Of a DNA stretch of 64,000 nt, positions 47,612-57,534 are shown piece after piece; within the stretch, counting starts at the first letter, position 1, and the number at the start of each line of letters is the position of its first letter. The position numbers were made by a program, and so were the translations under genes. The notes beneath the pieces are model-generated. The model ran no database searches and was not told the DNA's origin. It worked only from the letters and a program-made list of their open reading frames with translations. Source of the DNA: Thermoanaerobaculia bacterium (GTDB taxonomy: Bacteria; Acidobacteriota; Thermoanaerobaculia; UBA5066); the NCBI GenBank assembly GCA_041495865.1, contig JBGQDL010000001.1, positions 4,330 to 68,329 on the forward strand, given 5' to 3'.

Positions 47612-50471
47612 GATGACCCACTTCCGGCCAGGCCGCGTCGCGGCCCTCGCGTCGTTCGTCCTCCTTGCGCTCTCCGGCCCGGCGTCCGGCCGCGTCATCT
47701 CCTATGCCCCGCTCACCGGGCGGCCCGCCACGCCGGCCGTCCAGAAGAGGACGAACCGACACGCGCTGCTCATCGAACAGACCGGCGGCGTCTTCCTCGC
47801 CGGCGGCCCCGCGTGCTGCTACGGGTCGGCATTGGGGCGCCTCGTCCTTCACGACAGCTCGGGGCTGGAAGAGCCGCGGGATGTGACGCCCGGCGGCCTC
47901 GACGCCGGTATCGACTTCGCAGCCGCACGTGAGGACCCCGGCCATCCACCTGTTCTCCTGGCGCACACGGCCGCGAGCCTTTCGGCAGGAGAGAATCCCA
48001 ACGGCCAATTCCGCTTCCTTTTCAGCTCCGACGGGGGCGCGACGTGGTCGGTACTCGCGCTCCCCGCCGCGGGCGCATACGTGCCGTTGTCCGTGGACAT
48101 CGGCGGCCCGTTCGTGAGGGCGCGCGGCTCGGCCATCCGCGTCGGCACCGCTGAGGCACCTTTCCTCCTCGCGCTTTACGAGCAGAATACCCAGCAGATC
48201 GGCCTCCCGAACGCCATCGGCCTCTGGGATGTCTCGGCGAACGGCGGCGTGAGGCGCAGGACTTTCTTTTCGGCCGACAGCACCATCATCGGGATGGACG
48301 CCGAGGGGCGGCGCGCACTCGTCACCGGGACCCCGGTTTCCCCGCCAGGACCGAACGGAGGGCCCCCTGCGACACCCGGACTCTACGCCGTGAACGCCGA
48401 CGGCACCGCGCAGGCGCTCTCGGAACTTCCCGCCAACACATCGTTTTCGGAAGGGTGGATCACTCCGAACGGCCGGGCATACGTGGAGGTCGATACATAT
48501 GGCGCGTCCGGGGCGCGGCACGCGGTACTCCTCGCCGGAAACGGCGGCCGGCTCGAGATCGCGTCGGCCCTGAATCCGAATCCGACCGACCTCTTCGCCG
48601 TCCCGACGGCCGACTTCTCGGGCGCGTGGATCCTCCAGCGCGGCACGGGGCCGACGGTGCTCGCGCTCCACACGCCGGCCGCGGGCCTCGTCGAGGCCTG
48701 GCGCGACGTGGCGCGCCCCGAGGTCGAAGCGCTCTACGCGGGCGCCTCGGGGAAGCGCCTTCTCGTGCAGGTCCACCGCCCGCGCCCGCAGGTCGACCAG
48801 CGTGTGTTCAGGGACCCCGCGCTCGCCGTGTGGGAGGTCGGAAAGCCCGCGCCGGCCTCGTACGACGAGCTCTTCCTGAACGAGCAGACCATGAAGGCCT
48901 TCGTTCACGTGGATCCGGACACGGTCGGGCAGGGCGAGCCTTTCCTGTTCGACTCCGGAAGCCCGTCGCTCGGGATTCTCGTTCCGGCGGGCGGACCGTC
49001 GGGCGCCAGCGGCGGCGCGGACGTGATCCAGGAGTGGGGCGTCGTGCGCGGCTCGCTCGTGCAGCGCCTCGTGATCCCGGCGAACGCGCGCGTGGATGGC
49101 GCGAACGGAAGCCGGTGGCGGACCGACCTCGTGCTCCGGAATCCGGACGCTCTCCCCGTCGCCGTCACCGTGCGCTTCCTGCCGAACCCCGGCACGGCTT
49201 CCGCCGTTCCCGACGCGAGCGTGTCGCTCCCCGGTAACGCGGTCGTGACGGAGAGCGATGTCCTCGCGTCCCTCTTCCAGGTCGAATCAGGCTCCGGAGC
49301 CCTTCTCCTGACTCCCGAGATCGGCCGGTCGATCGAAGCGACGAGCCGCACCTTCACGAGCACGCCGGCCGGCTCGTACGGGATGTCGGTGGGCGCCGTC
49401 GACGTCTTCGCCGGGATCGGGGCCGGCTTCCCCGTTTCCTTCGCGGCGGGCCTCCTCGGGCCCGGGTTCCGCACGAACGTGCTCGCGACCGACGTGAGCG
49501 GGCGCGGCGCGCAGGCGGCGCTCACGCTTTCGGCGGACACGGCCGACCCGACTGCCGGTGCCGGGCTCCTCGCGGCGCCGGCCTGGGGACAGGTACAGGT
49601 CAACGATCTCGCCGCGGCGCTCGGCGCGCCGTTCTGGAGAACGGGCTCCCTCCTCGTGAGTCCGCAGTCGGGCGAGACTGTCGTCGGCGCCATCGCGATC
49701 GACGGCACGACGAACGACCCGACGTACTTCCCGCCGGACATTCCCGCCACCGTCGTGCGCACGATTCCGGCGATCGTGCACGCGGACGGGGCGCACGGAG
49801 CCGCCTTCAGGAGCGATCTCTTTCTCTTCAACCCGGCTGACGGCGTCCGCACCGTGCGCCTTCTCGTCAAGAGCTGGAGCGCGAACGAGCCCGAACAGAC
49901 CCTTCTCCTCACCCTTCTTCCCCACGAATCGAAGACGATCCGCGACGCGCTCCTCACCGCGTTCGGGAGGACCGGCGTCGCGCGGCTGCGCTTCCAGACG
50001 GACACCTTCGCCGACGTCTCGGGCGGCGTGCGCGTGACGTCCCGGACCTATACGGCGGGGCCTTCGGGCGGCACGTACGGACTCCTCCTTCCGGCGCTCA
50101 ACTCGTTCCAGTCAGCGGGCGGCGGAGAAGCGCTCGAGATCCTCCTGCCGGCGGGCGGAAGCGGATTCCGCACGAACCTCGCGCTCGTCGAGCTCACGAC
50201 CTCGTTCGTTTCCGGCCCGCCGGTCGCCGTGCGCGTCGAGGTCTTCGATGAGCACGGCCTCCTGCGCGACCGATTCGAGACGCCGCTGCCGCTCGCGGGC
50301 GGCGTCCAGACCGACGACCTTTTCCACGGCCGCGGCCTCGGAGACGGACCGCCGTCGGGCCACATCCGGATCTCGCCCGCGGGCGGCCTCGTGGCGGCCT
50401 ACGCGAGCGTCATCGACAACGGGACGAACGACCCGATGTACGCCGCCGCGCAGCTCGCCGCGAAGGACTGA
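47612..50471 (+). CDS. Large secreted BNR/Asp-box propeller protein plus two copies of the same unrecognised C-terminal domain
   Basis: AAGGAG RBS; signal peptide; Asp-box FSSDGGATWSV; domain copies start LVIPANARVDGANGSRWRTDLVLRNPD and TIPAIVHADGAHGAAFRSDLFLFNPAD, ending AIAIDGTTNDPTYF / ASVIDNGTNDPMY. Confidence 0.7.
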
Positions 50472-50479
50472 AGGGCTCT

Positions 50480-53400
50480 TCAGGGCTCCGGGTCGCTCCG
50501 TGCGAGCACGAAGCGCTGCAGGAGCACCGCGACGGCCGCGAGGCACGCCGCGAGGCCCACGAACGAAGCGACGCGGTAGAGCCCTCCCAAGAGCGCGAGG
50601 TCGTGGAGGAAGCACTTGAGGATCGTGACGACGAGGAGGACGAGCGCCGCGACGCGCGCCCGGCGGCTCTTCACGAGGAGGCCGGTGACGAGGAGCGCGA
50701 TCGCGAAGAGCGCCCACGAGAGCGTGTAGGCAAGCCCCTCGGCCAGCGACGACGAGAGGACGTGGAAGGAGGGCGCCTGCCCTTCGGCGAAGTAGTCGGC
50801 GATCTCCAGGTTCAGGAGGACGAAGAGAAGCGACGTTCCGAAGGCGGGCAGCAGGCGGACGGCCTCCTCGTACGGACCTCTCTCCGTTCGGCGAAAGAGC
50901 CGGAAGCCCGCGAAGAATGACGCCGCCGCGACGGTGTAGACCGCCAGGTACCAGTTCCAGATCGGCGCCGGCGCCCGCGGGTGATAGCTCAGGACGGCCG
51001 GGTTGAGCGCGAGACGCACGAACGCGGCTCCAAAGAGCGCAAGCGACCACACGACGAGGCCGCGGTGCGGAATGCGCCCCCACAGCCACGCGAGCGCCGC
51101 GCCGAGGAGCGCCCAGCCCAGCGTCAGCCACTCGCGCTCGAACTGGAGGGGAATCGCGACGGTCAGGAACGCGAGCGCCACGCCGGCGACGAGAGCGAGC
51201 CGGCCGCGGTCCTCCTCCGGCGGCACGCCGAGCGTCAGGAGGCGCGCGAGGAGCGCCGCCAACCCGAGCGCGAGAGCGAGCGGAAGGAGGCCGATGACGC
51301 GGTGGAAACCGCCGTCCTCGAGCGCGACGCGGAAGAGCGGGAAAAGCGCCACGCTCACCAGAACCGCCGAGAGAGTGGGCTCCGACGGGCGCGCGGCGCG
51401 CCTGCCGAGGACGATGGGATGGGCCAGAAAGAGAACCCAGATGCCCGTGCCGAAGACGAGCGCCTGACCCCAGGAGTCGTGGCGCGGCGGCCCGAGTCGC
51501 CACACGTACGCCGCGAGGACCGCGAGCGCGCCCGAGACGAGCGACACGGCCGGCAGCTCCGACACGGCCGCCACCCCGAAGACGACGACGAGGAAGAGCG
51601 CCTGTGCCGCGAGATGGGCCTCGACCGGCGGCGCGCCGGGGGCGAGGGACGTCACGATCCCGGCGGCCTGGCCGAGCGCGAGGCCGACGGCCGCCGCGCG
51701 CGCGAACTTGCGCCGGCCGTCCAGGATCCAGGCCGCCGTGCCCCAGAGGGAAATCGCGGTGGCGGCGGCAAGAGCCGCGGCGGGCCAGGGCACGTGCCTG
51801 GCGACGAGGGCGAAGACGAGGACGGCGCTCTGTGCGAGCGCGATGGCGCCTGTCTGTACCTGCACCGCCCTCGGGCGCCGAGCCGCGAACGCCGCGGCCA
51901 CGGTGAGGAGCGCGAGGGCGAAGCCCTCACTCGGGTCGGGCGGCACCGACAGGCCCTCCTGCGTCGCGACGAAGAGCAGAAGGACGTGCCCCAGAAGGCC
52001 GAGCGCCGCGAGGCGCGCGTCGAGCGGGGCCGGCTCCCGGATTCGCCCGGCCAATTCGGGCGCGAAGAAGTAGAAGAGCGAAAAACCCATGGCCGCCGTC
52101 AGCCCGGGTGCGAGGAGGTCCGGCGTCAGCGACTTCACGAACCACGCTCCGAGGACGGCGAACGTCGCGAGGCCGCCGACTGCGTGCAGGAGAGCCGGCC
52201 CGCGGAAGACGGCCAGCGCGAAGAGCCCGGCGTCGAGGACCGCGAGGAAGCCGAAGAGGAGCCCCCAGTGCTCCCCGTAAGCGCCGACGCCCGCGACGTA
52301 GAGCGCGAAGAGCGCGGGCAGAGCCGCCGCGACGGCCGCCGTCCTCCCGAAGACGTCTTCCCCCGCGCCCGGCTCTCGGCTCGCGAGCGCCGGGCCCGCG
52401 GCGAAGACGAGCGGGAACACGAGGAAGATCCCGGCCGCGAGGCCCAGGTTCTCTCCCGCGAGGAAGCGTAAGGCCCAGCCCCACTGGTAGAACGTCGTGA
52501 GAACCAGGCTCGCGACGGACAGGAGCACCCAGCGCTTCCGAAACGCAACCCACGCGAGACCGGCGTTGAGGAGCAGCAGGTACGAGAAGAGCACGACGGG
52601 GCGGTCCTCTCCCGTCGACAGGAGCGCGGGCGTCGCGAACCCGCCGAGGAGCCCGAGCGCGGCGATGAAGAGGGAATCGCGCCGCAGGGCGAGGACGACG
52701 GCGAGCGCTGCGACGACCGCCATCAGGAGAAAAGCGGGAACGACGCCGACGAGGTTCCACCGGGCGTGCCCGGCGAAGACCGTCGCAAAGAGGATCGCGA
52801 GCCCCGCCGCGTCGAGGGCGTTCGCGGTGACCGCGTAACGGCGGGCGGCCTTCAACTCGCAGACGACGAGGAGCCCGGTTCCCGCGAGGAGGCCGATCGC
52901 CATCTGGACGGGCGGCGAGAGCCATCCGCGGTCGATCGAGTAGCGCAGAAAAAGGACGGCGCCGATCGTCAGGAAGACGCCGGCGATCCACGAGAAGAGC
53001 TTCACGCCGACGAAGCTCTCCCAGTCGACCGCCGTGCGCGCCGCCGCAGGCGGCGCAAGCGGAGGATTTTCTGCTCCCTCGCGGGCCGGTGCGGCGGAGT
53101 CATTCGGCAGCGCCGCGGCGGCGGCATCGGTGATTTGCTTAGAAGGGGGAATGAGGAGAGGAGCGAAGGCCACCGGCGGCGCGGGAATGGCGGCCGGCGC
53201 AGCGGCAGAAACGTCCGAGACGCTCGCCAATGGCACCGCGGCGGTTCCCTCCTCCCCTTTCGAAGAAATGCCGGACGCCGCCCCTCGCGATGCGTCAGCA
53301 GGGAACGAGGCCGCCGCCGCGGCCTGCTCGGCGCCCATATTCACCTTCGAAGAAAAATCCACCGCCGCCCGCGGCGCATCGACGGCAGGCGACGACGTGG

Positions 53401-53566
53401 GCGCCGCGGGATGAGAGGGAGCAGAGATTCTTCGGACTTCCTCCCGAAGCGCCTTGACTTCCCATTCCAGCAGCTTCACCAGCTCCGCGTCGCGCGCGAC
53501 GCGTGCATACAGCCACGCGCCGAAGCCGAGGGCCGCGAGTCCCGCCAGGAGCGCAAGCAGGATCAC
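50480..53566 (-). CDS. DUF2339-family giant polytopic membrane protein (N-terminal coiled-coil and Ala/Pro-rich region, then more than 25 TM helices)
   Basis: 1028 aa; N-terminal TM and ELVKLLEWEVKALREEVRR coiled coil, low-complexity linker, then continuous hydrophobic helices to the C-terminus. Confidence 0.65.
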   Translation of the reverse strand: MILLALLAGLAALGFGAWLYARVARDAELVKLLEWEVKALREEVRRISAPSHPAAPTSSPAVDAPRAAVDFSSKVNMGAEQAAAAASFPADASRGAASGISSKGEEGTAAVPLASVSDVSAAAPAAIPAPPVAFAPLLIPPSKQITDAAAAALPNDSAAPAREGAENPPLAPPAAARTAVDWESFVGVKLFSWIAGVFLTIGAVLFLRYSIDRGWLSPPVQMAIGLLAGTGLLVVCELKAARRYAVTANALDAAGLAILFATVFAGHARWNLVGVVPAFLLMAVVAALAVVLALRRDSLFIAALGLLGGFATPALLSTGEDRPVVLFSYLLLLNAGLAWVAFRKRWVLLSVASLVLTTFYQWGWALRFLAGENLGLAAGIFLVFPLVFAAGPALASREPGAGEDVFGRTAAVAAALPALFALYVAGVGAYGEHWGLLFGFLAVLDAGLFALAVFRGPALLHAVGGLATFAVLGAWFVKSLTPDLLAPGLTAAMGFSLFYFFAPELAGRIREPAPLDARLAALGLLGHVLLLFVATQEGLSVPPDPSEGFALALLTVAAAFAARRPRAVQVQTGAIALAQSAVLVFALVARHVPWPAAALAAATAISLWGTAAWILDGRRKFARAAAVGLALGQAAGIVTSLAPGAPPVEAHLAAQALFLVVVFGVAAVSELPAVSLVSGALAVLAAYVWRLGPPRHDSWGQALVFGTGIWVLFLAHPIVLGRRAARPSEPTLSAVLVSVALFPLFRVALEDGGFHRVIGLLPLALALGLAALLARLLTLGVPPEEDRGRLALVAGVALAFLTVAIPLQFEREWLTLGWALLGAALAWLWGRIPHRGLVVWSLALFGAAFVRLALNPAVLSYHPRAPAPIWNWYLAVYTVAAASFFAGFRLFRRTERGPYEEAVRLLPAFGTSLLFVLLNLEIADYFAEGQAPSFHVLSSSLAEGLAYTLSWALFAIALLVTGLLVKSRRARVAALVLLVVTILKCFLHDLALLGGLYRVASFVGLAACLAAVAVLLQRFVLARSDPEP

Positions 53567-53581
53567 GGCGTCCTCTCCGCG

Positions 53582-54889
53582 TCAGGCGGTCGCCCTTTTG
53601 GGCGCGCAGATCCGGTCGTAGAGGAGCATGAGGATCGTCGCGCCGAAGCCGATCGCCGAGAGCAGGATCCACATGCCCGCGGGGTTTCCCCCCTTGATGT
53701 AGTGCTCGATGAGATAGCCCGAGAGCCGTCCCGCCACGAAGGCGCCGATCGCGACGGGCAGGAACGCGAAGCCCATGAACGTTCCGGTCTGCTCCTTCGG
53801 CGCGAGGTCCGCGACGTATTCGTAGAAGCGCGGCGCCTGCATGGCCTCGCCCAGCGCGAAGAGAAGCATCGCCACGACGACGCCCTGCCAGCTCTGGCTG
53901 AACGCGATGACGAGCCACGAAGCGCTCGCGATCGCGAAACCGCCGGCCATCGCGCGGATCGGGCGGAACTTCTTCATGAGCGCCGTCACCGGGACCGTGA
54001 AAAAGATGATTCCGAGAGCGTCGACCGTCTCGAGCAGCTCGAACCGGCCGATCTTCAGGACGTCCGTCACGTAGAACGGGAGCGCATAGAAGATCTGCCA
54101 GAACATGATCCAGAAGCCCGAGAAAATGACGAGGAACGCGATGAATCGACCGTTCCGAAAGACGAAAACGGCGTCCGAGAAGACCCGAGAGAACGTGCGG
54201 CCCTCGCGCTCTCCCGCGGGCTCGCGGTAGAACAGGGCCGTCCCGAGGACGAGGAGCCCGGCCACGGTCGCCGACATGACGAGGACCTCGGCGATCCCGA
54301 GGCGCGTCCTCACCTCGCCGGCCAGGATCGGTCCGAAGAATCCGCCGATGTTCACGAGCGTGTAGTAGATCGAATAGCCGAGGCCCTTCGTCTCTTCGCT
54401 CGTCGTGCGCGCGACCGTGCCGACGATGCATGGCTTGATGAGCGACCCGCCGATCGCGGTCACGACCAGCGCGAGCACGACGAACGCCTTCTTCCCGAGG
54501 GCGTCGACGAAGGGCTGCCCCGCGGGCAGCCCCGCGAGGCCGATGAGCGTGTATCCGACGCAGAAGATCGTGAAGCACGCGAGAAGGCTCCTCTTGAATC
54601 CGAAGCGGTCCACGACGACGCCCGCCAGGATCGGAAGCCCGAACACGAGGAGCCCGTAGACGCCGACGAGGTCGTTCCCGGTCGTCCCGAGCCCAACGGC
54701 CCGGTTCAGATAGACGGCGAGGACGGCCTTCGAGCCATAGAACGCGAACCGCTCGAACAGCTCGAGGGTGTTCGCCACCCAGAAATTGCGCGTGAATCCC
54801 GTCCGGAGGACGCGGAGGCGCTCGGAAAGGCCCGCGGTTTTCGTGTCTCTCAAAGACCGCATCTTCACGGGGCGGGCGGGGGACGTCAA
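53582..54889 (-). CDS. POT/PTR2-family MFS transporter (di-/tripeptide permease-like)
   Basis: LELFERFAFYGSKAVL = POT signature ExxERFxYYG; 12 TM MFS topology. Confidence 0.8.
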   Translation of the reverse strand: MTSPARPVKMRSLRDTKTAGLSERLRVLRTGFTRNFWVANTLELFERFAFYGSKAVLAVYLNRAVGLGTTGNDLVGVYGLLVFGLPILAGVVVDRFGFKRSLLACFTIFCVGYTLIGLAGLPAGQPFVDALGKKAFVVLALVVTAIGGSLIKPCIVGTVARTTSEETKGLGYSIYYTLVNIGGFFGPILAGEVRTRLGIAEVLVMSATVAGLLVLGTALFYREPAGEREGRTFSRVFSDAVFVFRNGRFIAFLVIFSGFWIMFWQIFYALPFYVTDVLKIGRFELLETVDALGIIFFTVPVTALMKKFRPIRAMAGGFAIASASWLVIAFSQSWQGVVVAMLLFALGEAMQAPRFYEYVADLAPKEQTGTFMGFAFLPVAIGAFVAGRLSGYLIEHYIKGGNPAGMWILLSAIGFGATILMLLYDRICAPKRATA

Positions 54890-54948
54890 CCGCGTTTCCC
54901 CGCGCCGCGCGGTCGAGTAGACTTTCTCCCCGGGAGGAGACCCGCCGC

Positions 54949-55209
54949 GTGGGCATGTACATCATCGCCGAGCCCTGCATCGGGACGAAGGACACCGCCT
55001 GCGTCGAGGTCTGTCCCGTGGATTGCATCCACCCGAAGAAGGACGAGGACGGGTTCCAGGAAGCGACGATGCTCTACATCGATCCGAACACGTGCATCCA
55101 GTGCGGAAACTGCGAGCCCGTGTGCCCGGTGAAAGCCATCTTCACGGAAGAGACCATCCCGGAAAAGTGGGCGCACTACCTGCAGATCAATGCCGACCAC
55201 TTCGCGTGA
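54949..55209 (+). CDS. 7Fe-type ferredoxin ([3Fe-4S][4Fe-4S], FdxA-like)
   Basis: CIGTKDTACVEVCPVDC and CIQCGNCEPVCP cysteine motifs. Confidence 0.8.
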   Translation: MGMYIIAEPCIGTKDTACVEVCPVDCIHPKKDEDGFQEATMLYIDPNTCIQCGNCEPVCPVKAIFTEETIPEKWAHYLQINADHFA

Positions 55210-55233
55210 GCCGGGCGCCCGGCAGGCGCCGCC

Positions 55234-55509
55234 TCAGTCGTCGTCGCGCGAAAGCAGATAGCCGACGGCGATGCCGATCCCGAGGGCGGCGATCGCCATG
55301 ACGAAGGCGTTGTCCCGGCCGGCCCGGTCGACGACCTTCCACCGGCGCGCGAGCTCCTTGCGGATGCGCTTTCCCTGAGCGCCGGCGTCGTCCAGGACGT
55401 CCTCGACGCGGGCCGCAACGTCCCGCGCGAGATCCTGTCCCCTCTCGCCGGCATCCGAAAGGCCTTCACGCATCGATCCGAGGATGTCGTCAACCCGTGA
55501 GCGTGCCAT
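55234..55509 (-). CDS. DUF883/ElaB/YqjD-like C-tail-anchored stress protein
   Basis: GGGAGACTCAAC then ATG 55509; 91 aa ending in TM anchor AIAALGIGIAVGYLLSR. The rest of the 714-aa track ORF is antisense to the glycerate kinase gene and is rejected. Confidence 0.5.
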   Translation of the reverse strand: MARSRVDDILGSMREGLSDAGERGQDLARDVAARVEDVLDDAGAQGKRIRKELARRWKVVDRAGRDNAFVMAIAALGIGIAVGYLLSRDDD

Positions 55510-55587
55510 GTTGAGTCTCCCTGCGCCGCGAACGCGGCCCGGCGCCATCTTACTCTGGCGAGCGGCCTCCGTTACACTGCGCCACTC

Positions 55588-57012
55588 GTGGACTCGCGCG
55601 AGCTCCTCACACGGCTCTATCGCGCAGCGATCGCTGCAGTCGACCCGTCGGTTCTCGTTTCCGAGGCCCTCGGGCGCCGCGGCGCCGGGGTCTTCGTCCG
55701 CTCCGTGTCGTCCCGCACCCGGCGCGAGAAGTACTCGGCATTCGCCGCCGCATCGGCCCTGCTGAGCAAATGGGACGAGTTCGTTTTCGCGCCCCGGCGC
55801 GTGGCCGTACTGGCGGTGGGGAAGGCAGCGGTGCCGATGGCCGCCGCGGCGCACGCGAACCTGGGCACGCGCATCGACGAGATGCTCGTCGTCGCGCCGG
55901 AGGGCGCTCCTTTTCGCACGCTGCCCCCCGTCACGCGGACGATCGGGGCTCGCCATCCGTTCCCCGGCGAGAGCAGCCTCGTCGCGGGCGAGGCTGCCCT
56001 TTCGCTCGCGTCCTCGCTCGGAAAGGGTGATCTCTTCGTCGTCCTCCTCTCGGGAGGCGGCTCGAGCCTCCTGTGCGCGCCCGCGCCGGGGATCTCGCTC
56101 TGGGACAAGTCGCGGACCTCGGAGCTCCTCTTCGCCGCAGGGGCGCCGATCGCCGACGTGAACGCCGTGCGCGCCGTGCTGTCGCGCGTCAAGGGAGGGC
56201 GTCTGGCCGCGGCCGCGGGCGCCGCCGACGTGGTGACGCTCGTCCTCTCGGATCTCGGCGACGACGGCTGGCATCTCGTCGCCTCGGGCCCCACGCTGGG
56301 CTCGCCGCCGCGCCCGTCCGAGGCGCGCGCCCTCCTCGAACGGTACCAGGTCGCCCCCCTCGTGCCTCCGTCCGTGCGGGCGCACCTCGCGTACGGCCAC
56401 GAACCGATTCCGTCGCGGTCGGGCGGGCCGCGCTGGAGCGTGCTGCTCGCGGACGTGCGTACGGCGCTCGAGGGGGCGCGCGTCGAAGCGCTGCGCCTCG
56501 GCATCGAGCCGCGCGTCGTGCCCGAGCTTCTCTCGGGCGAGGCGCGCGCCGCGGGCCGGCGCCTCGCGTTCGTGGGCGCAACCGCCGGAGATCTCCGGCA
56601 CGGGCTCTCCACGCTCGCGCGCAAGCGCCACGTGTCGATTTTCGGAGGCGAGACCACGGTCACGGTGAAGGGCCGCGGTCGCGGCGGCCGCAACCGGGAG
56701 GTCGCGCTCTCGGCCGCCCGGGAGATCGCGGAGGTTTCTGGCGTGACGATGCTCTGTGCGGGGACGGACGGCGTCGACCACGAACCCGACGCAGCAGGCG
56801 CCTTCGTCGACGGCGAGACGCTCGCGCGCGCCGAGGCGCTTGGACTCGATCCGGCACGCGCGCTTCTCGACAACGACACGGCTCCGTTCTTTCAGGCTCT
56901 CGGCGACGCGTTCTCCCCCGGACCGACCGGCACGAACGTCGGAGACGTCGCGTTCGTGCTCGGCCCGCCCGTCGCCGAGGGCGATTCGGCCGACATCCTC
57001 CAGCCGGCATAA
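55588..57012 (+). CDS. Glycerate 2-kinase (MOFRL family, GckA/TtuD-like)
   Basis: GTG start; DUF4147 N-domain (VAVLAVGKAAVPMAAAA) and MOFRL C-domain (GGETTVTVKGRGRGGRNREVALSAA...MLCAGTDGVDHEPDAAGAFVDG). Confidence 0.75.
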   Translation: MDSRELLTRLYRAAIAAVDPSVLVSEALGRRGAGVFVRSVSSRTRREKYSAFAAASALLSKWDEFVFAPRRVAVLAVGKAAVPMAAAAHANLGTRIDEMLVVAPEGAPFRTLPPVTRTIGARHPFPGESSLVAGEAALSLASSLGKGDLFVVLLSGGGSSLLCAPAPGISLWDKSRTSELLFAAGAPIADVNAVRAVLSRVKGGRLAAAAGAADVVTLVLSDLGDDGWHLVASGPTLGSPPRPSEARALLERYQVAPLVPPSVRAHLAYGHEPIPSRSGGPRWSVLLADVRTALEGARVEALRLGIEPRVVPELLSGEARAAGRRLAFVGATAGDLRHGLSTLARKRHVSIFGGETTVTVKGRGRGGRNREVALSAAREIAEVSGVTMLCAGTDGVDHEPDAAGAFVDGETLARAEALGLDPARALLDNDTAPFFQALGDAFSPGPTGTNVGDVAFVLGPPVAEGDSADILQPA

Positions 57013-57036
57013 GATTCGCGAAGGAGAAGCGGAAGC

Positions 57037-57522
57037 ATGCCGGCTGTCCTGACCGTCCGCGAGGAGGGCGAGGCGCGGCGTCACGTCATCGAGCAGCAGG
57101 CCGTCATCGGGCGCGACCTCGACTGCGACATTCCCCTCGCGAGCCGTTCGGTCTCGCGCCGCCACGCCCTCGTGGAGAGGACGCCGGTCGGCTGGGTCGT
57201 GCGCGACCTCGGCAGCGCGAACGGGACGTGCGTGGACGGGGCGCGCATCACCGAGGCCCCGCTCGTCTCCGGCGCGGCCGTGCGCTTCGGCGACGTCGAG
57301 GCGCTCTTCAAGATCGGGTCCCGCGAGTCGACGAGCGCCGAGCGCCTCATCTCTTCGCTCTCCATCCCGCCCGTGCACAAGGCGCGCCCGGTCGCCCTGT
57401 TCGTCGCGACGATCGCGGGCGTGATCCTGCTGGCTGCCGCCGCGATCTGGGCGCGCTACTGCGACCGCGCGCCGGCCGGGGCAAGCTCCGCGGCGGGAGC
57501 CCCGGCCCTCGTCGGGAGCTGA
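57037..57522 (+). CDS. FHA-domain protein with C-terminal transmembrane anchor
   Basis: RBS GAAGGAGAAG; FHA core VIGRDLDCDIPLASRSVSRRHALVER...WVVRDLGSANGTCVDG; terminal TM ALFVATIAGVILLAAAAIW. Confidence 0.75.
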   Translation: MPAVLTVREEGEARRHVIEQQAVIGRDLDCDIPLASRSVSRRHALVERTPVGWVVRDLGSANGTCVDGARITEAPLVSGAAVRFGDVEALFKIGSRESTSAERLISSLSIPPVHKARPVALFVATIAGVILLAAAAIWARYCDRAPAGASSAAGAPALVGS

Positions 57523-57534
57523 CGAGAGGGCGCG

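Noticed and set aside
53138-53156. CTTAGAAGGGGGAATGAGG, resembling the half-site of the 38601-38637 palindrome
   Set aside because: Lies inside the DUF2339 coding frame (encodes LLIPPSKQ on the minus strand) with no partner arm; most likely coincidence.
55210-55233. CCGGGCGCCCGG palindrome between ferredoxin and DUF883 genes as bidirectional terminator
   Set aside because: No loop possible (perfect 12-mer palindrome) and no flanking T/A tracts.
55234-57378. 714-aa minus-strand ORF
   Set aside because: Upstream of codon 91 from the C-terminus it is antisense to the well-supported glycerate kinase gene; only 55234-55509 (DUF883-like with RBS) retained.
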